Assembly (NCBI GenBank): GCA_038087875.1
Contig: CM075996.1
Location: forward strand, 994,001 to 1,054,000
Direction of reading: 5' to 3'
Source of the DNA: Malacoraja senta
Lineage: Eukaryota
DNA: 60,000 nt
Each line of letters starts with the position of its first letter. Position 1 is the first letter of the stretch. Below are positions 51,601 through 60,000 of this stretch, piece by piece. The notes below the pieces were generated by a model. The model did no database searches. It was not told where the DNA came from and saw only the letters and a program-made list of their open reading frames with translations. The position numbers were made by a program, and so were the translations under genes.

Positions 51601-54109
51601 CACCATGTAGACCACAAATGGGCTGCAAAATATTCTTCCTTCAATGCATGGATTTTAAACATTACTATATTAAAATTAATACAATGAAATCAATTGTGCA
51701 AATGAAAAGATGTCTGAGGCGTTCAGTTTTATTTACAGATGTATTGGTCCGCTTCCAGATCCTATCACCCAGTTTTCAACTGTACCCAGTTGAAAAGCCC
51801 ACTGCCTCTGGGGGTTTGGAGAGACCATTGGAAGAGAGATCTGCCCTCTGGGACAACTCGTGGCCAACAGTTTAGTTCCCATGAGCAGGCAGAACATTGG
51901 GGGTTCGAGTCCAACCCTGTTGATTTGTAGTCCTTATAATAACAGTCCTTATAATAACACTGATCTACAAACCCCTGGGGGTCCCTGTATCACATATAGT
52001 ACAGAGATACAGTGCCCTTCAGCCCACCGAGTCCACACCGACCTGCGATCCTCCGTACACTATCCCACACACGCTAGGGACAATTTATACTTATACCAAG
52101 CCTATCAACCTAGAGTTAGAGTTAGGGTTAGTGTTAGTGTTAGGATTAGTGTTAGAGTTAGGGCTAGGATTTTTTTTAATTGTCTTTAGCGTGTGTGGGA
52201 TAGTGTGCGGGTATTCGTTGGTCGCAGGCTGGGTCTACAAATGGGGGGCATCGGGTAAGTGGGTGGAGGATTGGAGAATGGGAGAAGGAAGGGAGAGGGG
52301 GAGAGGGGAGTGGAGAAGGGTAGGGTGGTAGTGGAGAAGGAGGGAAGGAGCGGGAGGGGGGGATGAGGTGGGTGGAGGGGAGAGGGGAGTTCAGTCTACA
52401 CTCAATGAATCCATCCCTGTGAAAAGTTAGAGTCGGTGATTGGATCTGGAAGCGGACCAATACATCTGTAAATAAAACTGAACGACTCAGACATCTTTTC
52501 ATTTCCACAATTGATTTTATTGTATTAATTTTAATATATTAATGTTTATAATCCATGCATTGAAGAATGAATATTTTACAGCCCATCTGTGGTCCCTAAC
52601 CCTAACCCTAGCCCTAACCCCAACCCTGATCCTAACCCTAACCGGGCATCACCCGCAGGACAGCATACGTCAGCGTGTATGTCGTACAACTTGACGGTTT
52701 TACGGACGTCGTAGTCGCCGTAAAAATCACAAAGTGGGACAGGCCCTGTACTGCTATCCAAATGTGCCGCTATTTCATCTTTTATAATTGACTCCAGCAT
52801 CTTCCCCACCACCGATGTCAGGCTAACTGGTCTTTAATTCCGTTTTCTCTCTCCCGTCTTCCTTAAAAAGTGGGATAACATTAGCTACCCTCCAATCCAC
52901 AGGAACTGATCCTGAATCTATAGAACATTGGAAAATTATCACCAATGCATCCACAATTTCTTGAGCCATTTCCTTAAGTACTCAGGGATGCAGACCTGGG
53001 GATTTATCAGCCTTCAGTCCCATCAGTCTACCCAACACAATTTCCTGCCTAATGTGGATTTCCTTCAGTTCCTCCGTCACCACAGATCCTCTGGCCACTA
53101 GTACATCAGGAAGATCATTTGTGTCTTCCATAGTGAAGACGTAATCCAAAATACCTGTTCAACACATCTGCCATTTCCTTGTTCCCCATAATAAATTCAC
53201 CCTTTTCAATCTTCAAGGGACCTAGTTAATAGTTGGTCTTAACAATTGTTTTCCTATTCACAAACCTAAAGAAGCTTTTACTATCCTCCTTTATATTCTT
53301 GGCTAGCTTACCTTCGTAAACCCACCCCCCAAAACTCCCTCCCCCACACACCCATCTCCCTCATACCCCCTTCTACCCCCTCCCACATCCTCCTTCCCCC
53401 GCATCCCCCCTTCCGGCTACACAACACTCACTACCCCCTCTCCCTCCCCCCCCCCCCCACAAACACCCCGTCAGCTTACCTACGTACCCCCACACCCCCA
53501 TGCCCCTCCCCCACATTCTCCTTCCCCCTGCACCTCTTCCCCACAGACATCCCCTGCCCCCATACCCCTCCCCCACAACCCCCCTCTCCCTCTGCACCCC
53601 CTCCCCAACACACACCGTCCACCCACACACTCCACCCCCCTACCCACACACCCCCTCTCTGGCTCCACAACGCTCGCTGCCACCCCTCCCCCCCACACAC
53701 CCCGCCAACACAACACACAAATTCTGCACTTACAAATTGAGACTTGAAAAATGGCACCAAAACTGGCCTCTCTGTCTACTATCTCAATCTCCTACTGTTA
53801 TACACTTGTACCATATCCGAGATGCTTATTTAAGATTTGTCATAGTGATTATATATGGTGATATATGTATTAAAGTTCATACAGAAATGAATTTCACTTT
53901 AGCTCAGTAAATATGACTAATAAAGAACCATTGGACATTTATAAGCACAGTTCTTACCTTGGTCTTGGCTTTCAGCGTTGCTAGAATGAAGAGGTTCCTG
54001 TCGCTTCTAGTGTGAAGATACGCTCCTTATGTGTCAGTCGTGAAGTCGAAGGACAGAAGGCAGATAGGAAGATGCCGAACAGCATGGGAGCAGGGACACA
54101 ACCTTGCTT

Positions 54110-55410
54110 CAATAGGCAATAGGTGCAGGAGTTGGCCTTTCGACCCTTCGAGCCATCACCGCCATTCAATGTGATCATGGCTGATCATCCACAATCAGTC
54201 CCCCGTCCCTGCCATCTCCCCCTTGAGTCCTCTATCTTTAAGAGCCCTATGTACCTCTTTCTTGAAAGTATCCAGAGAACCGCCTCCACCGCCCTCTGAG
54301 GCAGAGAATTCCAGACTCAGAACTCTCTGTGTGAAAAAGTGTTTCCCCATCTCCGTTCTAAATGGCCGACCCATTATTCTTAAACTGTGGTCCCTGTTTC
54401 TGGACTCCCCCAACATCGGGAACATGTTTCCCGTCTCTAGAGTGTCCAAACCCTTAATAATCTTATATGTTTCAATAAGATATCCTCTTATCTTTCTAAA
54501 TTCTCGAGTATACAAGCCCAGCCGCTCCATTCTCTCAGCATATGACAGTCCTGCCATCCCGGGAATTAACCTTGTGAACATACGCTGCACTCCCTCAATA
54601 GCAAGAATGTTCTTCCTCAAATTTGGAGACCAAAACTGCACACAATACTCCAGGTGTGGTCTCACTAGGGCCCTGTACACCCACAGAAGGACCTCTTTGC
54701 TCCTATACATAACTCATCTTGTTGTGAAGGCCAACATGCCAATCGCTTTCTTCACTTCCTGCTGTACCTGCACGCTTACTTTCATTGACTGACGAACAAG
54801 GACCCCCAGATCCCGTTGCACTTCCCTTTTTCCAAACTTGATACCATTTAGATAATAATCTGCCTTCCTGTTTTTTCTACCAAAGTGGATAACCTCATAA
54901 TTTATCCACATTAAACTGCATCTGCCATGCATCTGCCCACTCACCCAACCTGTCCAAATCATCCTGCATTCTCATAGCATCCTCCTCACATTTCACACTG
55001 CCACCCAGCTTTGTGTCATCTGCAAATTTGCTAATGTTACTTGTAATCCCTTCACCTAAATCATTAATATATATTGTAAATAGCTGCGGTCCCAGCACCA
55101 AGCCTTGCGGTACCCCACTAGTCACTGCCTGCCATTCTGAAAGGGACCCGTTAATCCCTACTTTTTGTTTCCTGTCTCCCATCCAATTTTCTATCCATGT
55201 CAGCACTCTACCCCCAATACCATGTGCCCTAATTTTGCCCACTAATCTCCTATGTGGGACCTTATCGAATGCTTTTTAAAATCCAGGTACACTACATTCA
55301 CTGTCTCTCCATTGTCCATTTTCCTAGTTACATCCTCAAAAAATTCCAGAAGATTAGTTAAGCATGATTTCACCTTTGTAAATCCATGTTGACTCGGACC
55401 GATCCTGTTA
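54110..55410 (-). mobile_element. CR1 LINE RT and 3' end (continuation fragments at 48757-49310 and 52746-53318; copy at 58630-59493)
   Basis: SGVPQG.VLGP.LFTIYINDL...ISKFADDTKL; QHGF...KSCLTNLLEFFE. Confidence 0.95.
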
Positions 55411-55752
55411 AGGGCCAGTCCCACTTGGGAGATATTTTTGGCGACAGCCTGAAGAGGTTGTCGCGTCGTGAGGCGGCGTGTCGCGCGGTGACTCCCTGTC
55501 GACCCTGGATTTTGGAATGTTCAAAATCCAGGGGCGACATCTGGGTGTCTCATCATGTCGTGCACCCTGTCACACGCTGACGTATGCTGTCCTGCGTGTG
55601 ACGCCTGGTTAGGGTTAGTGTTAGGGACCACAGATGGGCTGTAAAATATTCTTCCTTCAATGCATGGATTTTAAACATTAATATATTAAAACTAATCGTA
55701 AAATCTATTGTGCAATGAAAAGATGTCCAAGTCGTTCAGTTTTATTTACAGA

Positions 55753-56793
55753 CTAGACTAAGTGAGACCCGTTGCGTCCCAGCTTCACACGGGAAGGCTG
55801 GTCCCCCAACACAATATTCCACATGGGTGTTGTGGGCCGAAGGGAATGGTTTCCAGAGGGCTAGTATGGACATTGTGGGCCAAATGCATTCTTGGCAGGG
55901 CCACTCAGTAACTCAAGCCTGGCAGGCTGGCACCTCAGAAACTGCCAGAAATTCTGCCGAAAACAGGTGAGAGACTGTGAGAGAGAAGGGGGAGTGGGTG
56001 GACAATCAATTTTAGACATTTTCATCTTTTTATACAGTTGAAAAAGGCACACAGTTGCAAAAGGCAGACAGTTGCAAAAGGCAGTTGCAAAAGGCAGTTA
56101 CAAAAGGCACAGTTGCAAAAGGCAAACAGTTACAAAAGGCACAGTTGCAAAAGGCAGTTACAAAAGGCAGTTACAAAAGGCAGTTGCAAAAGGCACAATT
56201 ACAAAAGGCAGTTGCAAAAGGCAGTTGCAAAAGGCACAGTTGCAAAAGGCAGACTGTTGCAAAAGGCAGTTACAAAAGGCACATTTGCAAAAGGCACAGT
56301 TGCAAAATGCACAGTTGCAAAATGCAGTTGCAAACGGCAGTTACAAAAGGCACCGTTACAAAAGGCACAGTTACAAAAAGCAGTTGCAAAAGGCAGTTGG
56401 AAAAGGTGCAGTTGCAAAAGGGACAGTATAAAAACACATAAAGGGCACTCACAGGTTAGTATTCTCAGTGTTCTGTAGATTTCCAGCTCAGACTGAGTCG
56501 TGACCCTCTCCCTCCCCCATCTTGCAGACTGAGCCACGCCCACACTTCAGGGTTTCATAGATCCTCCCCCTCTCACCATGGCATGATTGACAGGAGAAAG
56601 AATCTCAACACATTTTTAACATTAATAAGTCTTTTATTTTTCATCGATGGGAAAAATCCTCTGGCACCAACAGCAGCAGGGGGACTCTGAGTAAGGTGGC
56701 CAAAAATCACAGCCGTAAGTGGTCGCGTTTTTTCTAAAATCAATATACAGTGCAAACAGAAAGTGGTCAAGTTTAGACTTTTAATTATATAGA
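55753..56793 (-). mobile_element. Complete non-autonomous Helitron (1041 bp) with an internal 13/15-bp minisatellite (56036-56425)
   Basis: 5' TCTATATAATTAAAAG, 3' hairpin + CTAG; inserted between A and T without TSD; paralogous copies show the empty site TTTATTTACAGA|TG. Confidence 0.9.
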
Positions 56794-59494
56794 TGTATTG
56801 GACCGCTTTCAGATCCAATCACCCAGTTTTCAACTGTACCCAGTTGAAAAGCCCGCTGCTTCTGAGGGTTTGGAGAGACCATTGGAAGAGAGATCTGCCA
56901 TCTGGGACAACTCAAGGCCAACAGTTTCGTTCCGATGAGCAGGCCGAACATTGGGGGTTCGAGTCCAATCCCTGGGGCCCCTGTAGCACATTTAGTTCAG
57001 AGATACAGTGCCCTTCAGCCCACAGAGTCCGCACCGACCAGCGATCCGCCGCACACTATCCCACACATGCTAGGGTCAACTTATACTTATACCAAGCCAA
57101 TCAACCTAGAGTTAGGGTTAGGGTTAGAGTTAGGGTTAGGTTTGGTGTTAGTGTTAGGCTTAGTGTTAGGGAAAGGGTTAGGGTTACGGTTAGGGTTAGA
57201 GTTAGGGCTCGGATTTGTATAAATTGTCCCTGGCGTGTGTGGGAGAGTGTGCGGGTATTCGCTGGTCGCTGACTGGGTCCACAAATGGGAGGCATCAGGG
57301 AAAGTGGGTGGGGGGGAGGTTGGAGAATGGGAGAAGGGAGGGAGAGGAGGAAATGGGGATGTGAGGGGAGAGGGGGAGTGGAGAAGGGGGAGTAGTGGAG
57401 CAGGGAGAAGGAAAGAAGGGGGGGAGAGGGGAATGGACAAGGGTAGGGGTGGTAGTGGAGAAGGAGGGATGGGGTGGGAGGGGGGAAGAGAGGGGTGGAG
57501 GGGAGAGGGGAGTTCAGTCTACACTCACTGAATCCATCCCTGTGAAAAGTTAAAGACGGTGATTGGATCTGGAAGCGGACCAATACATCTGTAAATAAAA
57601 CTGAACGACTCAAGACATCTTTTCATTTGCACAATTGATTTTAGTGTATTAATTTTAATATATTGATGTTTAAAATCCATGCATTTAAGGAAGAATATTT
57701 TACAGCCCAACTGTGGTCCCTAACCCAAGCCCTAATACTAACCCCAACCCTGATCCTAACCCTAACCGGGCCTCACCCGCAGGACAGCATACGTCAGCGT
57801 GTATGTCGTACAACTTGACGGTTTTACGGGAGTCAGTCACTGACGCTCGCAGTCGCCCACACACACCCCTCTCCCCCCTCCCACATCCTCCCTCCCCCCG
57901 CACCCCCCCTCTCCCCCACCCATACACCCCCCCCGCTCTCCGGCTCCACAACGCTCACTGCCCCCTCCCTCCCTCTCCCCCACACACATCCCGCCAGCTT
58001 ACCTATGTACCCCCCACACCCACACCCCTCCCCCACATTCTCCTTCCCCCGCACCCCCTCCCCACACACCCCCCCGCCCCCACACCCCGCCTCTCCCCCT
58101 CCCACATCCTCCCTCCCTCCTCACCCCCTCCCCCACACACACCGCCCGCCCACACACACCCCTCCGGCTCAACAACGCTCGCTGGCCCCCTCCCCTCCCC
58201 CACACACACCCCACACCCCGCCAACACAACAACACAAGAACTCTGCACTTACAAACTGAGGCATGAATAATGGCACCAAACCTGGCCTCTCTGTCTACTA
58301 TCTCAATCTACTACTGTTATACATTTGTACCGTATCCGAGATGCTTATTTAAGATTTGTCAAAGTGATTATGCATGGTGATACATGTATTAAAGTGTATA
58401 CAGAAATGAATTTCACTTTAGCTCGGTAAATATGACTAATACAGAACCATTGGACATTTATAAGCACAGTTCTTACCTTGGTCTTGGCTTTCAGCGTTGC
58501 TAGAATGAAGAGGTTCCTGTCGCTTCTAGTGTGAAGATACGGTCCTTCTGTGTCAGTCGTGAAGACAAAGGACAGAGGGCAGATAGGAAGATGCCAAACA
58601 GCATGGGAGCTGGGGCACAACCTTGCTTCAATAGGCAATAGGTGCAGGAGTAGGCCATTCGGCCCTTCGAGCCAGCACCGCCATTCGATGTGATCATGGC
58701 TGATCATCCACAATCAGTACCCCATTCCTGCCTTCTCCCCATATCCCCTTGCCTCTGCTATCTTTAAGAGCCCTATCTAGCTCATTCTTGAAAGTTTCCA
58801 GAGAACCGGCCTCCACCGCCCTCTGAGGCAGAGAATTCCAGACTCACAACTCTGTGTGAAAAAGTGTTGCCCCATCTCCATTCTAAATGGCTCACCCCTT
58901 ATTCTTAAACTGTGGCCCCTGTTTCTGGACTCCCCCAACATCGGGAACATGTTTCCCGTCTCTAGAGTGTCCAAACCCTTAATAATCTTATGTGTTTCAA
59001 TAAGATCTCCTCTCATCTTTCTAATTTCTAGAGTATACAAGCCCAGCCGCTCCATTCTCTCAGCATATGACAGTCCCACCATCCCGGGAATTAACTTTGT
59101 AAACCTACGCAGCACTCCCTCAATAGCAAGAATGTCCTTCCTCAAATTTGGAGACCAAAACTGCACACAATACACCAGGTGTGGTCTCACTAAGGCCCTG
59201 TGTAACTGCAGAAGGACCTCTTTGCTCCTATACACAACTCCTCTTGTTATGAAATCCAACCTGCCATTCACTTTCTTCACTACCTGGTGTACCTGCATGC
59301 TTACTTTCATTGACTGATGAACAAGGACCCCCCAGATCCCGTTGTACTTCCCCTTTTCCCAACTTGTCACCCCATTAGTCATCGCCTGCCATTCTGAAAG
59401 GGACCCGTAAATCCCTACTCTTTGTTTCCTGTCTGCCAACCAATTTTCTATCCATGTCAGCACTCTACCCCCAATACCATGTGCCCTAATTTTA

Positions 59495-60000
59495 ACCATA
59501 TAACCATTACAGCACGGAAACAGGCCATCTCGGCCCTTCTAGTCCGTGCCGAACACTCACCCCCCTTCTTTCTTCTTACTTCCCCCTAGTCCCATCTACC
59601 TGCACTCAGACCATAACCCTCCATTCCTTTCCCATCCATATACCCATCCAATCTATTTTTAAAGGATAAAATCGAACCTGCCTCCACCACTTCCACTGGA
59701 AGCTCATTCCACACAGCTACCACTCTCTGAGTAAAGAAGTTCCCCCTAATGTTACCCCTAAACTTCTGTCCCTTAATTCTCAAGTCATGTCCCCTTGTTT
59801 GAATCTTCCCTACTCTCAATGGGAAAAGCTTATCCACGTCAACTCTGTCTAACCCGCTCATCATTTTAAAGACCTCTATCAAGTCCCCCCTTAACCTTCT
59901 GCGCTCCAAAGAATAAAGACCTAACTTGTTCAACCTTTCCCTGTAACTTAGTTGCTGAAACCCAGGCAACAATCTAGTAATTCTCCTCTGTACTCTCTCT
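59495..60000 (-). mobile_element. CR1 LINE 3' end (different subfamily)
   Basis: MLPGFQQLSYRERLNKLGLYSLERRRLRGDLIEVFK...; (ATGGTT) tail. Confidence 0.9.

Larger units (their letters stand above)
46089..59493. repeat. Three-unit tandem segmental duplication built of Rex1, CR1, Harbinger, foldback element and C-rich tracts
   Basis: 46089~49935, 47030~51095, 48640~52645~57770 and 53700~58220 are collinear homologous blocks. Confidence 0.9.

Noticed and set aside
56038..56478. K/Q-rich ORFs in all three plus frames
   Set aside because: Stop-free minisatellite inside the Helitron.
57108..57210. True telomere or chromosome fusion site
   Set aside because: Short degenerate TTAGGG-like tract embedded between SINE tails in a duplicated TE unit.

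Overview
Repeat-dominated vertebrate genomic DNA. The repeat content (CR1/HER1-type LINEs, HE1-type V-SINEs, Rex1/Babar, L2 and Penelope-type terminal repeats) points to a cartilaginous fish, probably a skate or ray; this is an inference. There are two 200-N gaps. I found no intact protein-coding gene, and most ORF-track entries are LINE remnants or low-complexity read-through. The main non-TE signal is a decayed multi-exon gene on the minus strand (~14987-30556). Several of its exon junctions are phase-matched, and the exons reconstruct a possible signal peptide, about three tandem DUF4347-like domains and a C-terminal saposin/Canopy-like Cys module, with stops, frameshifts and broken splice sites. 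One exon is duplicated at 13.6 kb. Other exon-like remnants lie at 466-545 and 5560-5687 (+; MRH-like) and at 41803-42998 (-; unidentified). TE highlights: Helitrons with clear TC...CTAG ends (a triple nest, and one insertion with empty paralogous sites), Harbinger and hAT MITEs with TSDs, a Vingi-like fragment with a TSD, many hammerhead-ribozyme-core repeats, and a 3-unit segmental duplication at 46.1-59.5 kb carrying a foldback element with telomere-like ends. All domain calls are by-eye motif comparisons, not database results.
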